Assembly (NCBI GenBank): GCA_048213135.1
Contig: PS015010.1
Coordinates: forward strand, 1,984,001-2,048,000
Direction of reading: 5' to 3'
Origin: Reclinomonas americana ATCC 50394
Taxonomy: Eukaryota
Length of the DNA stretch: 64,000 bases
Shown: one piece after another, positions 30,385 through 40,204 of the stretch
Position numbering within the stretch: the first letter of the stretch is position 1
Layout: every line of letters starts with the position of its first letter
Made by a program: the position numbers and the translations under genes
The notes under the pieces: generated by a model
The model's input: only the letters and a program-made list of their open reading frames with translations
The model's database searches: none
Told to the model about the DNA's origin: nothing

Positions 30385-31782
30385 ATGAATCAACCACGGA
30401 TACATACAAGCTGGTACGCATTCGGCGATTTTGTGGCTTCCGTTCTGTCGTGGCTGGTTTTTTATTATCTGCGGAAGGAGATCATCAATGAACCCTTCAT
30501 TACCGGCCCCAAATTCTATATCGGGCTGGCACTGTTCCCCTTCGCCTGGCTTACCCTGTACCTGCTAACGGGAAGCTATAACCGCATTTACCAGAAATCG
30601 AGATTGAACGAATGCCTGTACACGGTAGGTGTAACATTTGCCGGCAGCCTTCTCATTCTTTTCCTCTTCCTGCTGTATGATGCCATTGGCGATTACAATA
30701 TTTATTATAAGGAATTTGTGACCCTGGTATCGGTTCAGAGTTTTTTTGTGATCGCGTCACGCCTCATTTTTCTGAACCGGGCCAAAACACAACTCACCCA
30801 CGGTTTCGTTTTTTTCAATACCCTCATTATCGGTTCCAACAAAAATGCCGCGGATCTTTACCAGTCGATCACCGGGAACAGGGAAAAAACGGGATTCCGC
30901 GTAGTGGGATTTGCCAATACCAATGGCCATCATGGTTCTTTTCTCCCGGTAGACCTTCCCCATCTCGGCGAAGCGGCAGATGTGCCATCTATTATTTCAC
31001 AGCACCATATTGAAGAGGTGATCATTGCCATAGAGAAGAAAGAAAGGGGGCAACTGGAGAAAATGTTGCGTCAGCTCAGTGATAAAAATGTGAACATCAG
31101 GATCACGCCCGACATGGTAGATATTATCAGCGGCGCTGTACAAACCAGCAATGTGCTGGGCATCCCCCTCATTGATCTTCATTCCGGGTTACTGCCCCTG
31201 TGGCAACAGAACATCAAGCGCATTATCGATATCGGTGCTTCACTTACCGGGCTGCTCCTCCTGTCTCCTCTATTCATTTATGTTGCCATAAGGGTGAAGT
31301 TCAGCTCCCGTGGCCCTCTCCTTTACCTGCAGCAAAGAGTGGGTTATAAAGGAAAGCCATTTTCGATGATCAAGTTCCGCAGCATGGTGCAGAACGCGGA
31401 GCCCAACGGGCCGGAACTGAGCAGCGATCATGATCCGCGTATCACGCCCTGGGGCAGGATCATGCGCAAATGGCGGCTCGATGAACTGCCCCAGTTATGG
31501 AATATCCTTAAAGGCGAAATGAGCCTGGTAGGTCCGCGGCCGGAACGCAAATTCTATATCGACCAGATCGTAGCCCTGCACCCCGAATACAATTACCTGC
31601 TGAAAGTCAAACCCGGTCTCACCAGTTGGGGCATGGTCAAATTCGGCTATGCTTCCTCGGTAGAAGAAATGACCGAGCGCATGAAGTACGATCTTATCTA
31701 TATCGAGAATATTTCCCTCGCACTCGATTTCAAAATCATGCTGCATACTATTAAGATTATATTGTCGGGGAAGGGGAAATGA
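30385..31782 (+). CDS. Polyprenyl glycosylphosphotransferase (bacterial sugar transferase)
   Basis: N-terminal TMs; [40 protein letters not shown]. Confidence 0.95.
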   Translation: MNQPRIHTSWYAFGDFVASVLSWLVFYYLRKEIINEPFITGPKFYIGLALFPFAWLTLYLLTGSYNRIYQKSRLNECLYTVGVTFAGSLLILFLFLLYDAIGDYNIYYKEFVTLVSVQSFFVIASRLIFLNRAKTQLTHGFVFFNTLIIGSNKNAADLYQSITGNREKTGFRVVGFANTNGHHGSFLPVDLPHLGEAADVPSIISQHHIEEVIIAIEKKERGQLEKMLRQLSDKNVNIRITPDMVDIISGAVQTSNVLGIPLIDLHSGLLPLWQQNIKRIIDIGASLTGLLLLSPLFIYVAIRVKFSSRGPLLYLQQRVGYKGKPFSMIKFRSMVQNAEPNGPELSSDHDPRITPWGRIMRKWRLDELPQLWNILKGEMSLVGPRPERKFYIDQIVALHPEYNYLLKVKPGLTSWGMVKFGYASSVEEMTERMKYDLIYIENISLALDFKIMLHTIKIILSGKGK

Positions 31783-31790
31783 TTTTTCTT

Positions 31791-31827
31791 ACCGCAAAGC
31801 AACGATGAACGCAGAGACAACGCAAAG
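31791..31827 (+). repeat. Left arm of 37-bp inverted repeat flanking the GxxExxY gene
   Basis: ACCGCAAAGCAACGATGAACGCAGAGACAACGCAAAG; 32/37 identical to the reverse complement of 32304-32340. Confidence 0.9.
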
Positions 31828-32214
31828 TTAAAGCCTGTATACAACCCTTTTAAATCCATCCTTCAAAAGCGGTACATGGAAGTTGATAAGATAGCCGAGG
31901 TTTCTTTTATACAACTTCAGGTAAGTGATTAACTGCGCCATAAACACGGGCGTTATACTTTCGCAGGCCTTTACTTCAATGATAATCTCGTCCTCCACCA
32001 GCAGATCAATAACATATGTTTTGCCTAACGGAACAGATTTATAGGTAAGCTCCACTGCAACCTGTTCTTTTACCAAAAACCCCCGTAACTCCAGTTCTTT
32101 ACGTAATGATACTCGGTAAGCAGATTCCAGTAATCCCGGGCCAAGCTCTTTGTGAACTGTTAAAGCCGAATCCAAGATATTTTTACCAATATTTTCCAAT
32201 ACTACTCTGTCCAT
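31828..32214 (-). CDS. GxxExxY protein (PD-(D/E)XK nuclease-like)
   Basis: VHKELGPGLLESAY, IDLLVEDEIIIEVKA, AQLITYLK, GYLINF. Confidence 0.93.
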   Translation of the reverse strand: MDRVVLENIGKNILDSALTVHKELGPGLLESAYRVSLRKELELRGFLVKEQVAVELTYKSVPLGKTYVIDLLVEDEIIIEVKACESITPVFMAQLITYLKLYKRNLGYLINFHVPLLKDGFKRVVYRL

Positions 32215-32303
32215 ATAAGTGATTTTATTCTCAAAAATATTATGTGACAGAATGGTTTTGACAGTAATAATACCCTTGCCCGTTTACTTTCCAAACCCTA
32301 TAC

Positions 32304-32340
32304 CTTGGCGTCACCTTTGCGTTCATCGTTGCTTTGCGGT
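32304..32340 (-). repeat. Right arm of 37-bp inverted repeat flanking the GxxExxY gene
   Basis: Reverse complement ACCGCAAAGCAACGATGAACGCAAAGGTGACGCCAAG; first 23 nt identical to the left arm. Confidence 0.9.
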
Positions 32341-32415
32341 TACATATGGCGTCAGCCATCTCCCCATACCCAACTTGCCGCCTTTTTGCTTACTTTTGAG
32401 CACAAACCGACTGCT

Positions 32416-35247
32416 TTGAAAAAGCTCCTTTTATTCAGCATATTAACCAGCCTTCTGCAATCCTCCCTTTTGGCGCAATTAACCGGGAAAAATGAGCCGT
32501 ACTGGCAGCAGGAAGTCAACTATACTATTGAAGTAACTCTCAACGATGCCGACCATACCCTGGATGGTTTTGTGAAGATGGAATACATCAACAATTCCCC
32601 TGATACCCTGCACTTCATCTGGATCCACCTCTGGCCCAATGCGTATAAAAATGACCGCACCGCTTTCACCGACCAGGCATTGGAAAATGGCAGCACCGCC
32701 TTCTATTTCAGCGATAATGACAAACGGGGGTATATCAACCGGCTCGACTTTAAAGTGAACGGGGTATCAGCAGCCTTACAGGATCATCCGCAGCACCAGG
32801 ATATTGTTCAGCTGCAATTGCCCACTCCGCTGCCACCGCACAGCCGCACCCGGATAGAAACCCCTTTTCATGTTAAACTGCCTTATGCATTTTCGCGGGG
32901 CGGGCATGTGGATCAGACCTATCATATCACACAGTGGTATCCCAAGCCCGCTGTATATGACCGTAAAGGATGGCATCCCATGCCTTATCTCGACCAGGGA
33001 GAATTTTATGCGGAGATCGGCAGTTATGATGTACAGATCACCCTTCCTCAAAATTATATCGTAGCCGCTACAGGCGCCCTGCAGGATGCCGGCGAAAAAG
33101 CGAAACTGGATAAAGGTATTTCATCCGCCGCCACGGGTAACAAGAAAGGAAAGCCCGCCGCTATCCCTTCTGATCAAACAACCAAAACTTTACATTACCG
33201 GCAAAACCATATCCATGACTTTGCCTGGTTTGCAGATAAGGCCTTCGAAGTTAAACACGATACGCTGCGCCTGCCCTCCGGTAAAGTGATCGACGCCTAC
33301 GCCTTTCATTACCCTGAAAAAGCAGGACTGTGGGCCAGCAGCCTTCCCATGATCAAGAGGGCTATTCTGACCAAGAGCCAGCTGATCGGCGATTACCCCT
33401 TTCCGGTAGTAAGCGTGGTGGAAGACAGGAATAACGACGGCGGGGGAATGGAATATCCAACCATTACCTTATTGGGCACAGGCGGCTCCGAGCAAAGTCT
33501 TGATTTTGTGATCGGCCACGAAGTGGGGCACAACTGGTTTCAGGGCATACTGGCCACTAATGAGCGGCTGCATCCATGGATGGACGAGGGCATGAACACC
33601 TATTACGATAACCGGTACATGCAACAGCAATATGGCAGCACCGGCCCGGTAAGAATAGACGGACCTGGTTTCATTAAAAAGAAGATGCCGGCCGACCTGC
33701 TGCAAACCAGCCTGCAAACCGTTACCGGTCTTAAAAGGGACCAGCCGATAGAAACATCATCCGAAAAATTCTCCGATATCAATTTTAACCTCATCGCCTA
33801 TACTAAAACAGGCAACTGGATGAAGATGATGGCTGATGAACTGGGGCAGCCCTTATTCGACAGTTGCATGAAAGCCTATTACCAGGAATGGAAATTCAAA
33901 CATCCTTACCCGGAAGATTTCCGCAAAGTAATGGAAAGCGTGAGCGGTCGTGACCTGGGCAAATTCTTCAGCCTGCTGCAACAGAAAGGTATGCTTCCTG
34001 CACTGGGGCCGAAGAAAGGCATTCGCTTTGCCGGTTTCTTCAGCATGAAGGATGCCGATAAGTACCATTATATTTTTGCTTCACCCGCAGTGGGTTACAA
34101 TTTTTATGACAAGATAATGATAGGTGCCATTTTTCATAATTATACCCTGCCACTCTCCCGCTTCCAGTTCCTGGTGGCGCCTTTATACGCTACCGGCAGT
34201 AAACAGGTGAACGGACTGGGCAGGCTGGGTTATACTTTCTTCCCGGGAAACAATGGCCAGAAGCTGGAGATCGCCGTTGCAGGCGCCAGCTTTACAGGCG
34301 ACTCTTTCACCGATTCTACCGGTACCGTTAACTACCAGCGCTATTCGAAAATCGTACCTTCACTGCGTTACGTATTCGCCAACAAAAATCCGCGAAGTAC
34401 GATCACCCGTTTCCTGCAATGGAAAACATTCCTGATCAATGAAAAGGACATTCTTTTCACGAGGGATACGACCAATGATATCGACATAATCACCTACCCC
34501 AATAAATTCAGGTACATCAACCAGTTGCAGCTGGTAATTGAAAACAACCGGAAACTCTATCCTTACCGTGCCGCATTCCAGGCCGAGCAGGGTGAAAGTT
34601 TTGTACGGCTGAATTTCACCGGCAATTATTACTTCAATTATGCTAAGGGCGGAGGAATGAATGTACGGGTATTCGCGGGCAAGTTCCTGTACCTGGGTGA
34701 CCGCACTTTCACCAAACAATTCCAGACCGACCGTTACCACCTGAATATGACCGGGCCAAAAGGTTATGAAGACTATACCTACAGCAACTACTTCATTGGC
34801 AGAAATGAGTTTGACCGTTTCTCTTCCCAGCAAATTATGATGCGTGACGGCGGTTTTAAAGTGCGCACGGATATGCTGAGTGATAAAATCGGCAAAACAG
34901 ACGACTGGCTGGCCGCGGCGAACTTTACAACTGATATACCGAAAGCCATCAACCCTTTATCATTACTTCCCTTTAAGCTGCCCATAAAAGCATTTGTGGA
35001 TGTGGGTACCTATGCCGGCGCCTGGAAAAAAGATGCCAGCACAGGTCGTTTCTTATATGATGCGGGATTGCAGCTTTCCCTGTTCAGCAATGTGGTCAAC
35101 ATCTATGTTCCCCTGCTGTACAGCAAAGTATACAAGGATTATATCAAGTCCACTATACCGGATAAACGTTTCATCAAGAACATCAGTTTCAGTATCGATA
35201 TACAGAACATCAGCATCCGGAAACTGGTTCCTCAATTGCCGTTATAA
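32416..35247 (+). CDS. M1-family metallopeptidase with beta-rich C-terminal domain
   Basis: YWQQEVNY, WYPK, HDFAW, GGMEYP, HEVGHNW...WMDEG. TTG start inferred before the signal peptide. Confidence 0.92.
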   Translation: MKKLLLFSILTSLLQSSLLAQLTGKNEPYWQQEVNYTIEVTLNDADHTLDGFVKMEYINNSPDTLHFIWIHLWPNAYKNDRTAFTDQALENGSTAFYFSDNDKRGYINRLDFKVNGVSAALQDHPQHQDIVQLQLPTPLPPHSRTRIETPFHVKLPYAFSRGGHVDQTYHITQWYPKPAVYDRKGWHPMPYLDQGEFYAEIGSYDVQITLPQNYIVAATGALQDAGEKAKLDKGISSAATGNKKGKPAAIPSDQTTKTLHYRQNHIHDFAWFADKAFEVKHDTLRLPSGKVIDAYAFHYPEKAGLWASSLPMIKRAILTKSQLIGDYPFPVVSVVEDRNNDGGGMEYPTITLLGTGGSEQSLDFVIGHEVGHNWFQGILATNERLHPWMDEGMNTYYDNRYMQQQYGSTGPVRIDGPGFIKKKMPADLLQTSLQTVTGLKRDQPIETSSEKFSDINFNLIAYTKTGNWMKMMADELGQPLFDSCMKAYYQEWKFKHPYPEDFRKVMESVSGRDLGKFFSLLQQKGMLPALGPKKGIRFAGFFSMKDADKYHYIFASPAVGYNFYDKIMIGAIFHNYTLPLSRFQFLVAPLYATGSKQVNGLGRLGYTFFPGNNGQKLEIAVAGASFTGDSFTDSTGTVNYQRYSKIVPSLRYVFANKNPRSTITRFLQWKTFLINEKDILFTRDTTNDIDIITYPNKFRYINQLQLVIENNRKLYPYRAAFQAEQGESFVRLNFTGNYYFNYAKGGGMNVRVFAGKFLYLGDRTFTKQFQTDRYHLNMTGPKGYEDYTYSNYFIGRNEFDRFSSQQIMMRDGGFKVRTDMLSDKIGKTDDWLAAANFTTDIPKAINPLSLLPFKLPIKAFVDVGTYAGAWKKDASTGRFLYDAGLQLSLFSNVVNIYVPLLYSKVYKDYIKSTIPDKRFIKNISFSIDIQNISIRKLVPQLPL

Positions 35248-35248
35248 C

Positions 35249-36160
35249 TTGTCCATCCGGTTTGTACCATATCGCCAGATCGACAAAATAAAATGGGACG
35301 ACTGTATCACCCATGCAGCCAACGGCCTTATCTATGGTTACTCCTTTTACCTGGATGCGATGGCAAAGCAATGGGATGCGCTGGTATGGAATGACTATGA
35401 AGCCGTGATGCCGCTTACCTGGAACAGCAAGTATGGCATCCGCTATTTATACCAGCCCGCGTTTACACCCTGCCTCGGCGTTTTTGGCAATACCATCACG
35501 CCCGGGCTGGTAAATGATTTTCTGGATGCTGTACCTTCCTCGTTCCGCTTCTGGGAGATCAGCCTGAATCAGCGCAATGCCCCAAAAGTAAAAGGGATTT
35601 CGATACAGCAACGCGTCAACTATGTACTTGATCTTTCCTCGCCTTATGAAGAATTGTTCAAGGGCTTCAGGGAAAACAACCGGCGCAACATTAAAAAAAG
35701 TGAACAGTTTGGCAACACGGTACAAAAAGGTATTCCTGCCGGGGAAATTATTCAGCTGGCCAAAGAACAAATGACAGGACTGACCAACCTGCGGGATGCA
35801 GACTGGCAACATTTTGAACAACTGTATCATTACCTCAGCGAAGAAAATAAAACGGAAACCTACGGTGTTACCGGGAAAAACGGGCAGTTGCTGGCCTCCT
35901 GCATTTTTTTCTTTTCACATGGCCGGGCTTACTATATCCTGGTAGGCAATCATCCCAACGGAAAAACACTGGGTGCTTCGCATGCCCTGCTGAATGCTTT
36001 TATTAAGGATCATGCAGGACAGGCCTTGCTGCTCGACTTCGAAGGAAGCGACATCAGCCAGCTCGCATTTTTTTACAGTGGGTTTGGGGCTGTCACAGAA
36101 AGCTATCCTGCCATACGATTGAACCGGCTGCCTTTTTACCTGAAGTGGGCGAAGAAATAA
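35249..36160 (+). CDS. GNAT/FemAB-like protein
   Basis: IDKIKWDDCI, YLYQPAF, RRNIKK, LDFEGS...FYSGFGA. Start uncertain. Confidence 0.75.
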   Translation: MSIRFVPYRQIDKIKWDDCITHAANGLIYGYSFYLDAMAKQWDALVWNDYEAVMPLTWNSKYGIRYLYQPAFTPCLGVFGNTITPGLVNDFLDAVPSSFRFWEISLNQRNAPKVKGISIQQRVNYVLDLSSPYEELFKGFRENNRRNIKKSEQFGNTVQKGIPAGEIIQLAKEQMTGLTNLRDADWQHFEQLYHYLSEENKTETYGVTGKNGQLLASCIFFFSHGRAYYILVGNHPNGKTLGASHALLNAFIKDHAGQALLLDFEGSDISQLAFFYSGFGAVTESYPAIRLNRLPFYLKWAKK

Positions 36161-36167
36161 TGTTGAA

Positions 36168-36842
36168 TCAGGACTGCTTTTCTTTAAGCAGTATTTCCGC
36201 GAGGATAAGATCGGATGGTTGCGTTATTTTGATATTGCTCACTTCACCTTCCACCAGTTGCACTTTCATACCAAACGCTTCCACTACAGTGGCTTCATCT
36301 GTAAAGCGGTCTTTGTAATCAATATTAAAGGCGGGCAATAATATTTTGCTGTGAAAGGTTTGTGGTGTTTGTACCAGTTTTACTGTACTGCGTTCCAGCG
36401 CTTCGTTGCCTTCTGCTGTCAGTACGCGGATACTGTCGCGGCTGTCGATCACCGGTATTGCGGAACCATTCTCCGCCGCGGCTTCATAACAACGCTGTAC
36501 CAGGGAGGTGGTGGCCAGGCAACGAACGGCGTCATGCACAAATACAATACTCTCCTCTTCCACCAGTTTCAAGCCGTTCTGCACCGAATGAAACCTCGTT
36601 CTTCCGCCAACCGTGATCTGTATCCTTTCATAATCAAAAAAGGCATCGATGATCTCCTGTCCGGATGCCACGTGCTCTTCAGGAAGAACAAGTATGATCT
36701 CCATATCCGGGTAAGCATCAAGGAACGTGCGGAGGGTATAGTACAATACGGGTTTACCGTCGAGTAGAAGAAATTGTTTGGGAACTGCGTTGTTCATCCT
36801 GCTGCCGCTTCCGCCGGCAACTATAACTGCGATCTTTTTCAT
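36168..36842 (-). CDS. ispD: 2-C-methyl-D-erythritol 4-phosphate cytidylyltransferase
   Basis: AGGSGSRM...PKQF, GGRTRFHSVQNGL, VHDAVR, QTPQTF, TDEA, NIKIT. Confidence 0.95.
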   Translation of the reverse strand: MKKIAVIVAGGSGSRMNNAVPKQFLLLDGKPVLYYTLRTFLDAYPDMEIILVLPEEHVASGQEIIDAFFDYERIQITVGGRTRFHSVQNGLKLVEEESIVFVHDAVRCLATTSLVQRCYEAAAENGSAIPVIDSRDSIRVLTAEGNEALERSTVKLVQTPQTFHSKILLPAFNIDYKDRFTDEATVVEAFGMKVQLVEGEVSNIKITQPSDLILAEILLKEKQS

Positions 36843-36899
36843 GCTGCGCTTGTCTGTCTGCCTGCGTGGCACAGGCGTTTAGACTGCAAAAATACCGTA

Positions 36900-37850
36900 T
36901 TAATCGTTGTAAATACCAATATAGTTTTCGCCGCTGCTGTTGCGCATGCCGCGGTACATACCGGCGCTGTTGAATATCATGGCCGCGTTGCCTGCCGCGT
37001 CAACACCAATCATACCACCCTCCCCTTCTATCTTCATCAGTTTGTTGTTCACCACTTCTTCCATGGCTTCCTGCAGGCTCAGGCCTTTATATTCCATAAG
37101 GCAGCTTACATCATAGGCGGCTACGGCACGGATAAACATTTCGCCATGACCGGTGCAACTGATGGCGCAGGTTTTATTATTGGCATAGGTACCACAGCCA
37201 ATGAGCGGACTGTCGCCGATACGGCCGTATTTTTTATTGGTCATACCACCGGTGCTCGTCGCGGCGGCTACATTGCCCTCTCCGTCGCAGGCCACAGCGC
37301 CCACTGTTCCAAATTTTTTATCTTTCATCAGTTCTTCCAGTCCCTGGTGGGTATGGTCGAGGGAATAGTTATCACTGTCGCGGATGGCTTTCCACTGGTC
37401 ATAACGGAACTGTGAAAAAAAGAACTCATCTGGTTCCAGTTTAATGCCCTGTTTGATAGCGAAATCATTGGCCCCTTTACCGCTGAGAAAAACGTGGTTG
37501 CTGTTGTGCATCACTTCCGCGGCCAGTTCAATTGGATTGCGAACATTCCGGATACCGGCAACAGCACCGGCATCAAGCATCTTTCCTTCCATAATGGCAG
37601 CATCCATTTCCTGTACGCCTTTTTTGGTGAATACAGAGCCACGGCCTGCATTGAAAAGCAGGTTGTCTTCCAATATCACTACAGCCGCCTTAACGGCATT
37701 GGTAGCGGAACCGCCTTCTTCCAGTACAGCATAACCGGCGTCCACAGCTTCCTGCAAACCCTGCATATAAGCGGCTTCCAGCCCTGGTGTCATGTCTTCC
37801 CTGAGGATGGTGCCTGCCCCTCCGTGTATAACGATCGAAAATGGTTGCAT
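36900..37850 (-). CDS. iaaA: Isoaspartyl peptidase/L-asparaginase (Ntn hydrolase)
   Basis: IHGGAG, FNAGRGS, EMDA, GTVGAVA, TSTGG, GRIGDSP, SCTGHGE. Confidence 0.93.
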   Translation of the reverse strand: MQPFSIVIHGGAGTILREDMTPGLEAAYMQGLQEAVDAGYAVLEEGGSATNAVKAAVVILEDNLLFNAGRGSVFTKKGVQEMDAAIMEGKMLDAGAVAGIRNVRNPIELAAEVMHNSNHVFLSGKGANDFAIKQGIKLEPDEFFFSQFRYDQWKAIRDSDNYSLDHTHQGLEELMKDKKFGTVGAVACDGEGNVAAATSTGGMTNKKYGRIGDSPLIGCGTYANNKTCAISCTGHGEMFIRAVAAYDVSCLMEYKGLSLQEAMEEVVNNKLMKIEGEGGMIGVDAAGNAAMIFNSAGMYRGMRNSSGENYIGIYND

Positions 37851-37926
37851 ACGTGCTATTGGGTATTAAAATGAAGCCCCAAAAATATTTATTTTACCAT
37901 CACAAACTTTCGAAGTTTTTGAAGCA

Positions 37927-38577
37927 ATGTTTAAACGTAAGCTAACAATAAACGATTTCCCTTTAATTGTCATCAATCTCATTCCCTTATACGGTGTGTG
38001 GTTCGAGGGGTGGGACGCCAGCCGCATCTTCCTGGTCTATTGCCTGGAAACAGTGATCATTGGCCTGGTCAATGTACTGCGTATGGCCGGGGTGACTTTA
38101 TTTTACCGGTCAAAAGACAAATGGCACAACAACGGCAGTTTTACCATGCAAAGTGGTTGGTTCTTCATTTTTTTCTTTATTGTGCATTACGGGTTCTTTG
38201 TTTTTGTACAAACGCAGATCTTTTTTGGCGTATCGGGGATCGATAATGACATAGGGTTTGCTGTATACCGTAAACTCCCGCAATTGCTGGGCCCTGAAGG
38301 AAGGCTGCTGCTGTTCATTTTTATTGCTGCTTACTGCTGGCAAATGGTCAAAGGTTTTTATTCCGGTGAATACAAAGAAATGTCGCTGATGCGGATGATG
38401 TTCCAGCCTTATGCACGCATCTTCGTTCAGCAGGTGATCGTGATCCTCGGCGGGATATTCCTGGGTTTTGGCGCAGGTAAAATATTCATCGTGATACTGG
38501 TGGCAGTAAAATTATGGGCAGACCTTTATCTTGACCCGGACAGGCTTCTCCGCCAGGCAGAAATCAACAAAAAGTAA
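37927..38577 (+). CDS. Membrane protein (DUF6498-like)
   Basis: NLIPLYGV, YCLETVIIG, FFIVHYG, PYARIFVQQ; several TM segments. Confidence 0.75.
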   Translation: MFKRKLTINDFPLIVINLIPLYGVWFEGWDASRIFLVYCLETVIIGLVNVLRMAGVTLFYRSKDKWHNNGSFTMQSGWFFIFFFIVHYGFFVFVQTQIFFGVSGIDNDIGFAVYRKLPQLLGPEGRLLLFIFIAAYCWQMVKGFYSGEYKEMSLMRMMFQPYARIFVQQVIVILGGIFLGFGAGKIFIVILVAVKLWADLYLDPDRLLRQAEINKK

Positions 38578-38685
38578 GTACCCCGTTTTATTGATACTCA
38601 CCCTGTTATCCTTTTTTATTTGGACAAGCTTGTCTTTTTACACCTGCCGGATTTTCCTATCATTGCGAAAACTAAATCAGATATT

Positions 38686-39114
38686 ATGAAAAGACTGATC
38701 ATTCCGATGATTGTGTTAATGGCATTCAGTTCGTGTAAAAAAGACAAGGATGAAGTTACCTGCGAAGCTTCCGTTAGCGGTATTGCCGGCAGTTACAAGG
38801 TAACTAAAGTAGTGATTTCCGTTTCAGGGTTTCCTGACACAGACGTAACCAGCTTAACGCTGTCCTCCTGCAATTCAGGCGGTATTTACCAGTTAAAGGC
38901 AGACAAAACTGCTGCTTATACGGAATCTACGGCTTGCGCCAACAATGATTCCGGCAAGTGGGATGTTGCCAGTAACAACCTGAGCATTGATTTTGAACCG
39001 ATCTCCGGTATTACACTCGATGGTTCTGCTATTTCCGGATGGGACTGCAGCACACTCGTTTTATCGAAGAATGCTGGTTCGGGTACTTATAAATATACCC
39101 TGACCAAACAATAA
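38686..39114 (+). CDS. Lipocalin-like lipoprotein
   Basis: MKRLIIPMIVLMAFSS-CKKDKD, IAGSYKV, SGKWDV. Confidence 0.8.
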   Translation: MKRLIIPMIVLMAFSSCKKDKDEVTCEASVSGIAGSYKVTKVVISVSGFPDTDVTSLTLSSCNSGGIYQLKADKTAAYTESTACANNDSGKWDVASNNLSIDFEPISGITLDGSAISGWDCSTLVLSKNAGSGTYKYTLTKQ

Positions 39115-39130
39115 TTTTTCAGAATTTGAC

Positions 39131-39166
39131 AAAGGCCGCCTTATTGAAGAATGGGGCGGCTTTTTT
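39131..39166 (+). terminator. Terminator between convergent genes
   Basis: GCCGCC/GGCGGC stem plus T6. Confidence 0.7.
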
Positions 39167-39187
39167 ATACCTGTAAAAATGGGGCAA

Positions 39188-40174
39188 TCATAACAGGAGG
39201 GTCTTGCACTCATCCAGCAACTTTTGCTTGTCGATGGCCACAGTCCCCACCTCTTCGCAAACCAGTCCGCCGGCAACATTGGCCATTTCCGCGGCAAGGT
39301 CCGCATCTCCCGTCGCCGCGTATACAAGCGACGCCACCGCGATGACCGTATCTCCGGCACCACTCACATCTGCAATGTTGCGGACATGCGTAGGTATGAG
39401 GCGGGCAGTTTCGTCCTGCTGGTAGAAAATACCTTTTTCCGACAAGGTGATGAGTGATATCTTATGTTCCAGTTCAGCGGATAACAGCTGGTGGAGATAT
39501 TTCATAGAAGGCAGGTCCACATCCCCGGCCAAAACGTGCAAACCTTCTTTGGCTTCCTTCAGGTTGGGCTTGAAAATATCAACTCCTTTATACGCAAAGA
39601 AGTTGTTGCGTTTCGGATCAACCGTTACGATAATATCACGGCTTTTACACAACGCTATGATCTTTTCTATGGAAGTGGGTGTAAAAACACCTTTGTTGTA
39701 ATCTTCCAGTATCACTACAGCGGGCTGTTCTTCATGCAGGTATTTTTCAACGGCTGCCAGCAGCTCTTCCTCATCCACTTTACCCAGGTCACTGGTCTGC
39801 TCGGCATCAAGGCGCATCATATGCTGGTTGCGGCTGATGATACGGATCTTATTGGTGGTAATGCGCTCCGAACTGGCCACCAGGTAACGGGTATCTATAC
39901 CCTGTTCATCCAGTAATGTTTTGAGCAGTTTCCCATCTTCATCTTTACCCGTAACGCTGAGCATGCTTACCCGGGCGCCCAGCGAGCGCAAATTGAGGGC
40001 CACATTCGCTGCGCCGCCTATCCGTTGTTCTTTTTTGGAAACAGCCACTACGGGCACCGGGGCTTCGGGAGAAATACGGTCTACTTTACCCCACCAGTAC
40101 GTATCCAGCATTACATCGCCTATTACAGCGACCCTGGTATTGCCAAACGTATCGAATAATTGATCAAAGTTCAC
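39188..40174 (-). CDS. rfaE1: D-glycero-beta-D-manno-heptose-7-phosphate kinase (RfaE/HldE domain I)
   Basis: GDVMLDTY, RISPEAPVPV, GGAANVA, DYNKG, KPNLKE, DVSGAGDTV. Confidence 0.9.
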   Translation of the reverse strand: MNFDQLFDTFGNTRVAVIGDVMLDTYWWGKVDRISPEAPVPVVAVSKKEQRIGGAANVALNLRSLGARVSMLSVTGKDEDGKLLKTLLDEQGIDTRYLVASSERITTNKIRIISRNQHMMRLDAEQTSDLGKVDEEELLAAVEKYLHEEQPAVVILEDYNKGVFTPTSIEKIIALCKSRDIIVTVDPKRNNFFAYKGVDIFKPNLKEAKEGLHVLAGDVDLPSMKYLHQLLSAELEHKISLITLSEKGIFYQQDETARLIPTHVRNIADVSGAGDTVIAVASLVYAATGDADLAAEMANVAGGLVCEEVGTVAIDKQKLLDECKTLLL

Positions 40175-40204
40175 TTGCTGCGCTCTTATTTTGGAACGAT
40201 AAGG

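Noticed and set aside
32305-32415. N-terminal extension of the M1 peptidase ORF
   Set aside because: Runs through the inverted-repeat arm; the signal peptide begins at TTG 32416.
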